DNA of 35,792 bases, from positions 1 through 35,792 of IMG/VR virus record IMGVR_UViG_3300043414_000175. The stretch is one strand, 5' to 3'. Position 1 is the stretch's first letter; each line of letters begins with the position of its first letter. Positions 1-7,791 of this stretch are shown here, in pieces. The notes beneath the pieces were generated by a model. The model saw only the letters and a list, made by a program, of their open reading frames with translations. It was not told the origin of the DNA and ran no database searches. Source of the DNA: a virus (lineage: Duplodnaviria > Caudoviricetes). A program made the position numbers and the translations under genes.

Positions 1-1
1 T

Positions 2-121
2 GTTGGTGCTGGTAACACTTATGCCGTGGGTAACACAGGCGGTTTCACAAGTGCTGCAACTTCAAACGTTGGTACAAACCTGCCTTTGTACTACGCATTG
101 GCCTTTATCCAGAAGTCATAA
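2..121 (+). CDS. 3' end of head-binding/tail-collar domain protein (continuation of ORF at 35384)
   Basis: Frame 2 reads VGAGNTYAVGNTGGFTSAATSNVGTNLPLYYALAFIQKS*, the typical end of phage tail-collar proteins; not in the ORF track. Confidence 0.8.
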   Translation, partial: VGAGNTYAVGNTGGFTSAATSNVGTNLPLYYALAFIQKS

Positions 122-122
122 C

Positions 123-326
123 ATGGCAACCATTGATGCAACAGAGGCTCGTTTAACCACGCACGAAGCTATTTGTGCGCAGCGTTACGAAAAGATTAAT
201 GAATCTTTAGCGCATGGCGATAAACGTATGAACAAAATTGAATACTTGTTGTATGCGGTGATGGCTGTTGTGCTTCTTGGACCTGGCGTTGGTGCTGAGT
301 TTTTCAAGAAACTAATCGGTTTGTGA
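123..326 (+). CDS. Small coiled-coil + single-TM protein, putative holin/XhlA-like lysis protein
   Basis: ATG directly after previous stop; MATIDATEARLTTHEAICAQRY then hydrophobic YLLYAVMAVVLLGPG; first gene of lysis cluster. Confidence 0.55.
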   Translation: MATIDATEARLTTHEAICAQRYEKINESLAHGDKRMNKIEYLLYAVMAVVLLGPGVGAEFFKKLIGL

Positions 327-327
327 T

Positions 328-1014
328 GTGCCAATTGGAACTGCGTTATTCGCGGCTACAACGGCTTTTCAGCTAGTCAAAGAAGGCTGTGCGCTTTACA
401 AAGAAGTAAAGGGTGTGGCTGGAAACGTAAAGCAGATTTACGATGAAATCAATAGTCAGTTTGCTGGTAAAAAGGTTTCTAAGGAACAAGCTAAAGCGAT
501 TGAAGTTGAGAAGGCGCGTGTTCAAGAGGTAGCAAAAGCAAATCCTGATGAAGTCATTTTCAAGATTGGTGACGAACTTGGGAATATGTTTGATGCGTTT
601 GACCGTTTGGAAGCCCTATTTTGGGAACAAGAACGAGAAGCCAAGAAGTTGCAAGCAGCTAATGTGTCATTAAAACGTATGGCTTTAAAACGCATAATGA
701 TTCGTAACAAGCTGTTGGCCATGCAAGTTGAGTTAAGGGAACAAATGGTGTATCAGTCACCACCTGAACTTGGTGCGCTTTGGAGCCAGTTTGAGGAAAT
801 GAGAAAACAAATTGAGGCTGAACAGCAAACGGCAAGAGAAAAGCAAGCGCGTGAGGATGCAATTGCGCAACGTGAACGTGAAACCTTGATGGAAGATGTG
901 CGTGTCAAGTCAATGGATGCAAGTTTGGCTGTGGTTGGTTTGCTTTTTCTAGGATGGATATTGTGGCAAGTAAAAAACCAAGCGATAGCACGAGCGTCTT
1001 TTTGGCACACCTAA
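328..1014 (+). CDS. Coiled-coil protein with C-terminal transmembrane helix, lysis region
   Basis: 228 aa, GTG start, helical E/K/Q-rich body, TM ASLAVVGLLFLGWILW. Confidence 0.7.
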   Translation: MPIGTALFAATTAFQLVKEGCALYKEVKGVAGNVKQIYDEINSQFAGKKVSKEQAKAIEVEKARVQEVAKANPDEVIFKIGDELGNMFDAFDRLEALFWEQEREAKKLQAANVSLKRMALKRIMIRNKLLAMQVELREQMVYQSPPELGALWSQFEEMRKQIEAEQQTAREKQAREDAIAQRERETLMEDVRVKSMDASLAVVGLLFLGWILWQVKNQAIARASFWHT

Positions 1015-1151
1015 TCGTTTTGGTTGTGTTGATTGTGGTGTTTGCTCTGACCTTTATTGCTTATGTGGAAACAATGTGGATGAAGACGGAAATCAAAAAA
1101 GAAGCCCGTGAGTTACGCAAACTTAAAGAAGAACTGAAGAAGGAAAAATAA
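954..1151 (+). CDS. Small membrane protein (one TM + charged coiled coil)
   Basis: VFLAHLIVLVVLIVVFALTFIAYV followed by K/E-rich tail; stop overlaps next ATG. Confidence 0.6.
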   Translation: MDIVASKKPSDSTSVFLAHLIVLVVLIVVFALTFIAYVETMWMKTEIKKEARELRKLKEELKKEK

Positions 1152-1639
1152 TGTTACCTATCTTGGCTGGAATCATATCTAACCTAATTAACAACGGGAT
1201 GCACAAAGTTGCTGATGAGGTGATGGAAAAAGGCGTTGAAGCTGTCCAACAGAAATTAGGCATTGAACTAAAGCCTGAAGGTGAAGCAACTCCAGAATAC
1301 AACGCCAAGTTACAAGAAGAAGCTAACAAGCATGAAGAATTCATGGCCACGTTAGATGAAAAGTCGGCCCAACGCGCAACTGATATGCAAATGGTTGCCA
1401 TGCAATCGAACGATTGGGTTGTTCGCCGATTTAACTACCAGATGGGCTGGTTCTTGGTTGTGGCTTCTTTTGGTTACTTTGCCGCTGTGTCTTTCATGCC
1501 AATTGACAACCACAACCGTGATTTCGTAAACATTATTTTGGGCTTTTTAATGTCCCAAGGTCTGACCGCTGTTATTCGTTTCTTTTATGGTGCTGTGCAT
1601 ACGCAAGAGGAAAAGAAGAAATCAGAGGATAACAAATGA
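1151..1639 (+). CDS. Putative holin (3TM/GTA-holin-like)
   Basis: N-terminal amphipathic helix, two TM segments, FFYG near C-terminus, immediately upstream of endolysin. Confidence 0.65.
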   Translation: MLPILAGIISNLINNGMHKVADEVMEKGVEAVQQKLGIELKPEGEATPEYNAKLQEEANKHEEFMATLDEKSAQRATDMQMVAMQSNDWVVRRFNYQMGWFLVVASFGYFAAVSFMPIDNHNRDFVNIILGFLMSQGLTAVIRFFYGAVHTQEEKKKSEDNK

Positions 1640-2286
1640 CGCCAGACATTTCTTTGTTGGTTGCAGTAGGTGTCAAAGACCCTGCTAAGTGGCATCAAGC
1701 CGTCATTGATACTTGTGCAGAGTTTGAGATCAATACGCCACAACGCATTGCAGGCTTCTTGGCTCAGACTTCACACGAATCTGGTGGTTACACCATGCTG
1801 ACCGAGAATCTCAATTACCGCGCTGCCACCTTAGCCGCTTGCTGGCCTAATCGCTTTGCAGTTATGGATGCTGATAAAAAGCCAATCAAAAAAGATAACA
1901 AGCTAGTTCCTACGGCTGTGGCCAACGCTATTGCTGGCAAACCTGAACTTATTGCTAACCTTGTTTATTCGTCACGCATGGGCAACGGTCCTGCTGAATC
2001 TGGTGAGGGCTGGAAGTACCGTGGCCGTGGTCTTAAACAGCTTACTGGAAAAGACAATTACACACGCTGTGGCGCAACTTTGGGCGTTGATTTTGTTGGC
2101 AATCCTGACCTGTTGCTTGAACCAATCTATGCTGCGCGTTCTGCGGGTTGGTTTTGGAAAGCAAACAACCTTTCAACATTTGCCGATAACAATGACATTC
2201 TTGGCATGACCAAAAAAATCAACGGTGGCACGATTGGTTTGGCAGAACGCCAAGCCAAATACGACAAATGCTTAAAGGCCGTTTAA
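1636..2286 (+). CDS. Endolysin, glycoside hydrolase family 19 (chitinase-like)
   Basis: Motifs RIAGFLAQTSHESGG, ENLNY, YRGRGLKQLTGKDNY, SAGWFW, TKKINGG. Confidence 0.92.
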   Translation: MTPDISLLVAVGVKDPAKWHQAVIDTCAEFEINTPQRIAGFLAQTSHESGGYTMLTENLNYRAATLAACWPNRFAVMDADKKPIKKDNKLVPTAVANAIAGKPELIANLVYSSRMGNGPAESGEGWKYRGRGLKQLTGKDNYTRCGATLGVDFVGNPDLLLEPIYAARSAGWFWKANNLSTFADNNDILGMTKKINGGTIGLAERQAKYDKCLKAV

Positions 2287-2538
2287 TTACTTCTTACCCT
2301 TTGTGTTTTTAATGCCAGCGCGTGAGTAGATCAAGAACTCAGTTGGTGCTATTGACACACGTTTAGTTTTGGGAAACTGCGTGATTGTGTTAACAGACTT
2401 GCCGTCACTTTCACGAGTAGCACGAGACTTTGCGCCAAACTTTTCGCCGTTCAACTTTGCGGCTGATTCGGACCTAATCTTTGACATAAATTCTGGCATA
2501 TACGTCTGAACGTAGTCCACATGAAAAGCGTTAATCAT
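2287..2538 (-). CDS. Hypothetical protein, last gene of leftward early operon
   Basis: 83 aa ORF converging on endolysin stop. Confidence 0.6.
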   Translation of the reverse strand: MINAFHVDYVQTYMPEFMSKIRSESAAKLNGEKFGAKSRATRESDGKSVNTITQFPKTKRVSIAPTEFLIYSRAGIKNTKGKK

Positions 2539-2581
2539 CTAGCATCCAATCAATTAAAAATCCAATTATTACGATGCTCAT
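2531..2581 (-). CDS. Possible 16-aa hydrophobic peptide (MSIVIIGFLIDWMLDD)
   Basis: ATGA overlap with stop of upstream gene and overlap with start of downstream gene; exactly fills the gap. Confidence 0.35.
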   Translation of the reverse strand: MSIVIIGFLIDWMLDD

Positions 2582-2880
2582 AGCAATTCCTGCTGGACAG
2601 GCTTAAAACGCCATTCACGTTCGTTCCTGCCGCTGTTAGAAGTTACCTGTTTGCCAGTTAACTCAATCAAGTCAAGTTTTTGTAATTCGTTCATGCGCCT
2701 AGCCACTTGGTTGCTTTCAAGTCCTGTTTGCTTGGCAATACCGTCTTTACCTAACGGCCCAAAACGCTGCAAGCAAGCCACAATGACTTCTTGGTGCATC
2801 TTGGCTACGTCTTTGATTGAATCAGCCGCTTGAAAGCTAGTGATTGCGTCTGTTGCTCTTGCTCTGAAAAATTTAAACAT
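2578..2880 (-). CDS. Winged-helix/HTH DNA-binding protein
   Basis: GPLGKDGIAKQTGLESNQVARRMNELQKLDLIELTG...SGRNEREW; start MFKFF preceded by AGGA. Confidence 0.7.
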   Translation of the reverse strand: MFKFFRARATDAITSFQAADSIKDVAKMHQEVIVACLQRFGPLGKDGIAKQTGLESNQVARRMNELQKLDLIELTGKQVTSNSGRNEREWRFKPVQQELL

Positions 2881-2902
2881 ATTGTTTCCTATGCAAAGTG
2901 GT

Positions 2903-2971
2903 GGTGGTACTCGCTGCACTGTGTCCGAGTAAGCCGAGAACTCCCGACCTCACAGCATCCGTTTTCCCACC
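2903..2971 (-). ncRNA. Candidate structured RNA with loop-E-like internal loop
   Basis: Minus strand: GGUGG/CCACC stem, GAAA opposite GAGUA, CUGUG/CACAG stem, inner hairpin AGGUCGGG/CUCGGCUU; lies in an intergenic gap. Confidence 0.55.
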
Positions 2972-2975
2972 GAAA

Positions 2976-3230
2976 TCAAAACTGAATGTCGTCCTCTGGA
3001 AAACCATCATTAGCCTGCTTCTTTGGTGCAAACTTTTGATCGCCTTCTTTAGGTGGAAAAAGGTATGCCCATCCCTCCCAACCGCCTTCAACTAAAGGCA
3101 TTTGGTCAAGTTTGAGCATTGGACCTTTCTTGGTTTCAATGACGCTACCAATACGCTGGTAACGCACCTTCTCTTGTCCGTCTTTTAGGTATGTGCCAGC
3201 CTTGACCGTCACTTCATAAACTATTGCCAT
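2976..3230 (-). CDS. Putative single-stranded DNA-binding protein
   Basis: Short beta-rich body, acidic tail PEDDIQF like SSB C-termini; follows ERF and exonuclease. Confidence 0.6.
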   Translation of the reverse strand: MAIVYEVTVKAGTYLKDGQEKVRYQRIGSVIETKKGPMLKLDQMPLVEGGWEGWAYLFPPKEGDQKFAPKKQANDGFPEDDIQF

Positions 3231-3239
3231 TTTGTTTCC

Positions 3240-3869
3240 TTACTTAGAGTGTTCATCTGATATTTGTTTTACGATTTTGTCGTAATACTTACGGGCTTCA
3301 TCAACCTTAAATTTTATTTTGTCTTCAAGGGCTTTGTCGCGTGTGTAGTTAAGCAATGTAACGCGCAATTCAGGCGCTATATGCTCAACTTGATGCAAGG
3401 CCTTGTCTTCATACCCAACCAGGTGTTCAGGCGTGTTTACAAGGCAATATGCAATCTGTGCTTGGTCTAAGTCCCAAAGCATCATGTAGGCGCGTAGTTG
3501 CCATTCATAGGTTTTGTTTTCACCTTCTGACGATAGGCATGGAAACGTCACCAACGACCAACTTGACTTAATGTCAATGATTGAATCAGGCGTCACTAGG
3601 TCAGCTTCACCAGTTAACCATTCATTTGTTTTACGTTCTGCGTTCTTTTTGTAATCCGTAAACAGCACAGAGTTAAGCAACTCAATTGAACGGTCTTCAG
3701 CCAAGATGCCTTTTTCGGTGTACTTGCTTGAGAAACGTTCGTCATACCCATACACAAATTCTTTGGCTTGTTTGGTGATAGCTGTCTTGGCTCCAACAGA
3801 CAAGGTTTCATCTTTGCCTTTTGGGTCTGTCATTATTTCAGCTAGTGAGCTGGCGCGAATTTTAAGCAT
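3240..3869 (-). CDS. Lambda-exonuclease/YqaJ-like PD-(D/E)xK exonuclease
   Basis: IRASSL, KGILAED, GEADLV, IIDIKSSW, YEWQLRAYMMLWD; adjacent to ERF. Confidence 0.85.
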   Translation of the reverse strand: MLKIRASSLAEIMTDPKGKDETLSVGAKTAITKQAKEFVYGYDERFSSKYTEKGILAEDRSIELLNSVLFTDYKKNAERKTNEWLTGEADLVTPDSIIDIKSSWSLVTFPCLSSEGENKTYEWQLRAYMMLWDLDQAQIAYCLVNTPEHLVGYEDKALHQVEHIAPELRVTLLNYTRDKALEDKIKFKVDEARKYYDKIVKQISDEHSK

Positions 3870-4401
3870 TTGCAAGTGCCTCAATAACTTGTTTATTTTG
3901 TGCTGGCGTTAGTGTGAACGTATCACGCAGCTTTTCGGTGGTGTATTCGCCAGCAAGAATCTTGTCAATTGCACCTTGCAAACGTTTAGCGTCTAGCGTT
4001 GGTTTTGCCTCAACTGTTGGTTTTGTTGGTCGTGCGGCTGCGTTGCCATCATCATCTTCAGGCGCAATGCCGCAAGCGGCCATTAAGCTGTAACGCCTAG
4101 CGTATGTCAGCGCAGAACCGTAACCTTGTGGGTCTTGTTTACTGGCAGGCACTTGCAAAATGCCACATTCAAGCATTTCGCCTGATTCATGGATAAACAC
4201 AGTTTCAACCATGATGCCTGTGTTGCAGTCGTAGCATTTCTGAATCATTGCAATGCCGTTATCGTTTAAAGCGTCAATGACAGCCTCAACGCAAGCGGAA
4301 AGGTCAGCGTAGCGTGAACGAAAATGTGGGTTTGTAGCGGTCTTTAAAGCAGGCCCAAAGGCTTTTTGTGCTTTGACCAAAGCGGTGGCAATTTGTTTCA
4401 T
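3862..4401 (-). CDS. erf: ERF-family single-strand annealing recombinase
   Basis: NPHFRSRYADL and QGYGSALTYARRYSLMAACGIAPEDDDG signature. Confidence 0.92.
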   Translation of the reverse strand: MKQIATALVKAQKAFGPALKTATNPHFRSRYADLSACVEAVIDALNDNGIAMIQKCYDCNTGIMVETVFIHESGEMLECGILQVPASKQDPQGYGSALTYARRYSLMAACGIAPEDDDGNAAARPTKPTVEAKPTLDAKRLQGAIDKILAGEYTTEKLRDTFTLTPAQNKQVIEALANA

Positions 4402-4403
4402 GT

Positions 4404-4604
4404 TTAACCCCAAATAGTGTGTGCAACAAAACCAGCGGCAAAAGCGCAGGCGATATAAACCCAAAACTCAGCTTGTTGGCTTGCATTGGATTGGTGACCT
4501 TCTAGCCATTCCCAACGCTGACGCGCTTCAATAGCGTCATAAGTGTTTGGGTAAGCCTCTTGCATGGTTCGAGGGTAGGTGCGGGTGGTGTTGTTAAGTT
4601 TCAT
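4404..4604 (-). CDS. Small membrane protein
   Basis: Start MKLNN with AGGTG upstream; C-terminal TM FWVYIACAFAAGFVAHTIW. Confidence 0.65.
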   Translation of the reverse strand: MKLNNTTRTYPRTMQEAYPNTYDAIEARQRWEWLEGHQSNASQQAEFWVYIACAFAAGFVAHTIWG

Positions 4605-4615
4605 AATTGCACCTA

Positions 4616-4792
4616 TTAGAAAGATTTTTTTAACAAAAACTTGACTGAAAAGGGGCAAAGGTCGCCATCATGGTCAACTGTGTTTGCGTAATTGCAAGTG
4701 CCAATCTTTTCAAAAGACAAGATAGTCAGTTTGATTGGCTTGCCTGTGGCGCTAAGAATTGTGACTGTTTGTCCAATTGTGAGTTTTTTCAT
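4616..4792 (-). CDS. Hypothetical protein, first gene of leftward early operon
   Basis: Start MKKLTIGQ with AGGA Shine-Dalgarno. Confidence 0.6.
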   Translation of the reverse strand: MKKLTIGQTVTILSATGKPIKLTILSFEKIGTCNYANTVDHDGDLCPFSVKFLLKKSF

Positions 4793-4836
4793 ATCGTTTC
4801 CTAAGTACCGTTTGCGTTTCGCTGCGGGATGTATGT

Positions 4837-4866
4837 ATTGTGCAGGAAAATCGACAGAATTTACAG
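4837..4866 (-). promoter_or_regulatory. Putative leftward early promoter
   Basis: Minus strand CTGTAA-18 nt-CACAAT; imperfect mirror of the rightward promoter. Confidence 0.4.
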
Positions 4867-4891
4867 CAATCTCAAAAATATTTTTAATGTG

Positions 4892-4920
4892 TTGTATTTT
4901 CGTCAATTTTTCTATACACT
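4892..4920 (+). promoter_or_regulatory. Putative rightward sigma70 promoter
   Basis: TTGTAT-17 nt-TACACT, 6 nt before Cro-like ATG. Confidence 0.6.
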
Positions 4921-4926
4921 AACAGC

Positions 4927-5097
4927 ATGAACATTGACCATCTTATCAAGAAAGTAGGCTCACAGAGTGAGCTTGCGCGTTTGCTAGGTGTTGAGCGTGG
5001 GACTGTTTGGCTATGGAAGCAAAACGGCGTTATCCCAAAGTCTCGCATTTGGCAGATACAACTGCATTTTCCTGAACTATTGAAAGACAAAAAATGA
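4927..5097 (+). CDS. cro: Cro/YdaS-like HTH repressor (56 aa)
   Basis: MNIDHLIKKVGSQSELARLLGVERGTVWLWKQNGVIPKSR; first gene right of the divergence; not in ORF track. Confidence 0.85.
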   Translation: MNIDHLIKKVGSQSELARLLGVERGTVWLWKQNGVIPKSRIWQIQLHFPELLKDKK

Positions 5098-5399
5098 GCT
5101 TTTCAGAAATCGAAATGAAGGTTGTGCAATGGGGTGAAGCCCGTGGCATTGTGCAAAACAGCACAGCCGCTGCCCAAGCAATCAAGACACAAGAAGAACT
5201 TGACGAACTGATTGACGCTATTCGCAACAACGACCGTGTGGCTATGGCCGATGCCTATGGCGACATTTTGGTGACGCTAATTATGGGCTGTGCCATTGCT
5301 GACCTTGACTTGGTAACGTGCTTTGAAGGTGCGTATCAAGAGATCAAAGACCGCAAGGGCTATTTGAACGCTGATGGCATCTTTGTGAAGGAAGCGTAA
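5094..5399 (+). CDS. MazG-like nucleotide pyrophosphohydrolase
   Basis: KTQEELDEL...DAYGDILVTLI...AYQEIKDRKG. Confidence 0.85.
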   Translation: MSFSEIEMKVVQWGEARGIVQNSTAAAQAIKTQEELDELIDAIRNNDRVAMADAYGDILVTLIMGCAIADLDLVTCFEGAYQEIKDRKGYLNADGIFVKEA

Positions 5400-5548
5400 T
5401 GGCTGGATTTATCGGTTTTCTGTGTGGCTTTGCCTGGCTAACCCACATTTTCACTTGCTTTGCACAAGGCTTCTGGGGTTTCCTAGTCGCTGGCGCAATC
5501 TTTTTCCCAATCGGAATCCTTCACGGGTTCTACCTTTGGTTCAACTGA
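5399..5548 (+). CDS. Small two-TM membrane protein (49 aa)
   Basis: MAGFIGFLCGFAWLTHIFTCFAQGFWGFLVAGAIFFPIGILHGFYLWFN; TAATG coupling to MazG-like gene. Confidence 0.7.
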   Translation: MAGFIGFLCGFAWLTHIFTCFAQGFWGFLVAGAIFFPIGILHGFYLWFN

Positions 5549-5574
5549 TGTTTCACTTTTTTGTGATTGTTCTA

Positions 5575-5602
5575 TTGATCTTGATTCTTCTCAAGATATA
5601 AT
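5575..5602 (+). promoter_or_regulatory. Promoter of replication operon with palindromic operator-like site
   Basis: TTGATC-16 nt-TATAAT; inverted repeat ATCTTGA-N6-TCAAGAT at 5578-5597. Confidence 0.6.
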
Positions 5603-5607
5603 GTTTT

Positions 5608-5690
5608 GAAACACGGCTAGGTTGGGAGTTGCTACCCAACTGAAAAGAGTTACCCCTTCTCCTGCCGCCGTTTCTTCATCAAAGGGGCTG
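5608..5690 (+). ncRNA. Candidate structured 5' leader RNA of replication gene
   Basis: CGGC(UAG)...(CCU)GCCG closing stem, GUUGGG/CCCAAC hairpin, GAAAAG linker, CCCCUU complementary to downstream AAGGGG. Confidence 0.5.
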
Positions 5691-5705
5691 TAAAAAGCGG
5701 GCTAT

Positions 5706-6506
5706 ATGCACTACTACCAGTTCAACATTGGTGACTACAAAAGTCACACGGAACACCTTTCCGAAATGGAAGATTTGACCTATCGGCGATTGCTTGATTG
5801 GTACTATCTTCACGAAACACCAATTCCACTTAAATTAACTGAGACTGCAAGGCAGATTCGTATGCGTTCGCATAGCGATTGCATTACGCTTGTATTGCAA
5901 GAGTATTTCGAGCGCACAGAAAACGGATGGATTCATCACAGAGCAAACAAGGAAATTGCCAAGACAGGTGAGAAGTCTGAGAAGGCGAGTGCTAGTGCCA
6001 AGGCTAGGTGGAGCAAGGTTAAAGATGCGAACGCATTGCCAACGCAATCCGAAAGCAATGCTACACATAACACACAACACATAACACAAGACACAAAACA
6101 CAAAGAGAAGCAGCCTACGGCTTTGAGTGTTCGTTTTGATGAATTTTGGAAAGCCTATCCAAAGAAGATAGGCAAGGATGCCGCAAAGAAGGCATTTGAC
6201 AAACGAAAGCCAGATGCAGTAATGCTTACGCAAATGGTTAATGCAATTAACTTTCAACGTAGGACCGCTGCTTGGCAAAAAGATGGTGGTCAATTTATCC
6301 CAAACCCTGCAACTTGGTTAAATCAAGGTCGCTGGCAAGATGAAGTTTCAACTTTTAGTGTTGACCTGATTCACCAAACTACGCCAACACCGCCAAACCA
6401 AGACGCTGCTTTGCGGAAGATTGAAGAAGACAGAAAACGGGCTGTGCCACCATCATTGGAGACATTGGCTAAATTGGCAGAGTTGCGTAAAGGAGCAAAG
6501 GTGTGA
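5706..6506 (+). CDS. Replication initiator protein (YdaU/DUF1376 N-terminus)
   Basis: MHYYQFNIGDY...HLSEMEDLTYRRLLDWYY; C-terminal FDEFWKAYPKKIGK...FIPNPATWLNQGRWQDE. Confidence 0.85.
   Translation: MHYYQFNIGDYKSHTEHLSEMEDLTYRRLLDWYYLHETPIPLKLTETARQIRMRSHSDCITLVLQEYFERTENGWIHHRANKEIAKTGEKSEKASASAKARWSKVKDANALPTQSESNATHNTQHITQDTKHKEKQPTALSVRFDEFWKAYPKKIGKDAAKKAFDKRKPDAVMLTQMVNAINFQRRTAAWQKDGGQFIPNPATWLNQGRWQDEVSTFSVDLIHQTTPTPPNQDAALRKIEEDRKRAVPPSLETLAKLAELRKGAKV
6025..6104 (+). repeat. Putative replication origin: 11-bp iterons plus 7-bp tandem repeats inside the initiator gene
   Basis: TGCGAACGCAT/TGCCAACGCAA/TCCGAAAGCAA (6026-6058), then six ACACANN units (6063-6104). Confidence 0.7.
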
Positions 6507-7066
6507 GAATCAATCCAAACAATGATTTATTTGCCGAGCCAAGCATTATTGAGGTCAATGGCGTTCAAATCCACAACTACGTTCAACAGGTATCAAGCGC
6601 CGAAACTTGCAGAAACCAAAAGGCTGCTGGCGCACGAATTCTTGCTGAGACTTTTACGATGCCCATGCGGGTGCTGGACTTTGGTGGTGGCAAATTCTCA
6701 GAAGCACAAGAATATTTGCAATCACTTGGTGCTGTTTGCGAGGTTTACGACCCTTACAACAGGCCGCATGATGAAAACGTGCGTGTCTTGAGCCAAAAAT
6801 ATGATTTGATGATGTGCAACAACGTTTTAAACGTGTTAACTGACGATGTTTTGCCAAATGTCATTCTTGACATGAAAAAAGTTGCTGAAATGTGTGGGGT
6901 GATAAAGATTGTTGTGACCGTCTACGAACGCGACAAGTCTGGTGTTGGCTGTTATACGGGCAACGCAAGTTATCAGCGCAACGAAAAAACTTCTGCCTAT
7001 GTTGACAAGCTACGTTGCTTCTTAGGTGTTTCATTTCACAAAAAAGCATTGGTGGTTCATGTATGA
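6503..7066 (+). CDS. SAM-dependent methyltransferase-like protein
   Basis: Motif I VLDFGGGKF, VYDPYN, YDLMMCNNVLNV, YQRN. Confidence 0.8.
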   Translation: MRINPNNDLFAEPSIIEVNGVQIHNYVQQVSSAETCRNQKAAGARILAETFTMPMRVLDFGGGKFSEAQEYLQSLGAVCEVYDPYNRPHDENVRVLSQKYDLMMCNNVLNVLTDDVLPNVILDMKKVAEMCGVIKIVVTVYERDKSGVGCYTGNASYQRNEKTSAYVDKLRCFLGVSFHKKALVVHV

Positions 7067-7791
7067 GCAGAATAGTTTGTTGGTTTAGCTGCGGTGCAGC
7101 ATCTGCCGTTGCCACCAAGTTGGCAATTTCTGACAACGCTGGAAAACTTCCTGTTGTTATTGCTTACACAGAAGTTCTTGAAGAACATCCAGACAACAAA
7201 AGATTCTTGGCTGATTGTGAAAAATGGTTTGGTCAGGAAATTTTGATTCTTGGCAATGACCGTTACAAACGTTCAATTTATGAAACTTTTAAAACTAGCG
7301 CAATGAACATTAAAGGGTCAGCGCCATGCACACAGAAGTTGAAGAAGCAAGTCCGCATCAAGTTTGAACAAGTGAACGACAGGCAAGTGTTTGGCTACAC
7401 CGTTGAAGAACAGCAACGCTACGACAGGTTTATTGACGTAAACAATGACGTAGACATTTGGGTTCCGTTGATTGAAAAAGGTTTGACCAAAGAAGATTGC
7501 CTTGGTATGTTGAAAAACGCTGGCATTGAACTGCCAAAAATGTATCAGCTTGGCTATCACAACAACAACTGCATTGGTTGCGTCAAAGGAGGCATGGGTT
7601 ACTGGAACAAAATCAAAGTTGACTTTCCAGAGAATTTTCAACGGATGGCTGAACTTGAGCGATTCAAGAAACAAACCGTTTTGAAAGACCGATACCTTGA
7701 TGAACTTGTGGCAACTGATGGAAACTATCCAGCAGAGCCAAATGTTGAATGTTCTATTTTTTGCCAACTTGCAGAAGATGATTACAAATGA
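7063..7791 (+). CDS. PAPS-reductase-like / PP-loop family protein with Cys clusters
   Basis: WFSCGAASAVA PP-loop variant, APCTQKLKK, YQLGYHNNNCIGCVKGG, ECSIFC. Confidence 0.75.
   Translation: MSRIVCWFSCGAASAVATKLAISDNAGKLPVVIAYTEVLEEHPDNKRFLADCEKWFGQEILILGNDRYKRSIYETFKTSAMNIKGSAPCTQKLKKQVRIKFEQVNDRQVFGYTVEEQQRYDRFIDVNNDVDIWVPLIEKGLTKEDCLGMLKNAGIELPKMYQLGYHNNNCIGCVKGGMGYWNKIKVDFPENFQRMAELERFKKQTVLKDRYLDELVATDGNYPAEPNVECSIFCQLAEDDYK

Noticed and set aside
3-122. N-terminal extension of ORF 3..326
   Set aside because: It overlaps the real collar-protein end in frame 2; the ATG at 123 is the plausible start.
4807-4826. boxB/nut-like hairpin (GCGAAACGC within CCG...CGG) in the leftward leader
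   Set aside because: Stem very short, no clear boxA and no N-like gene recognised; too weak to call.
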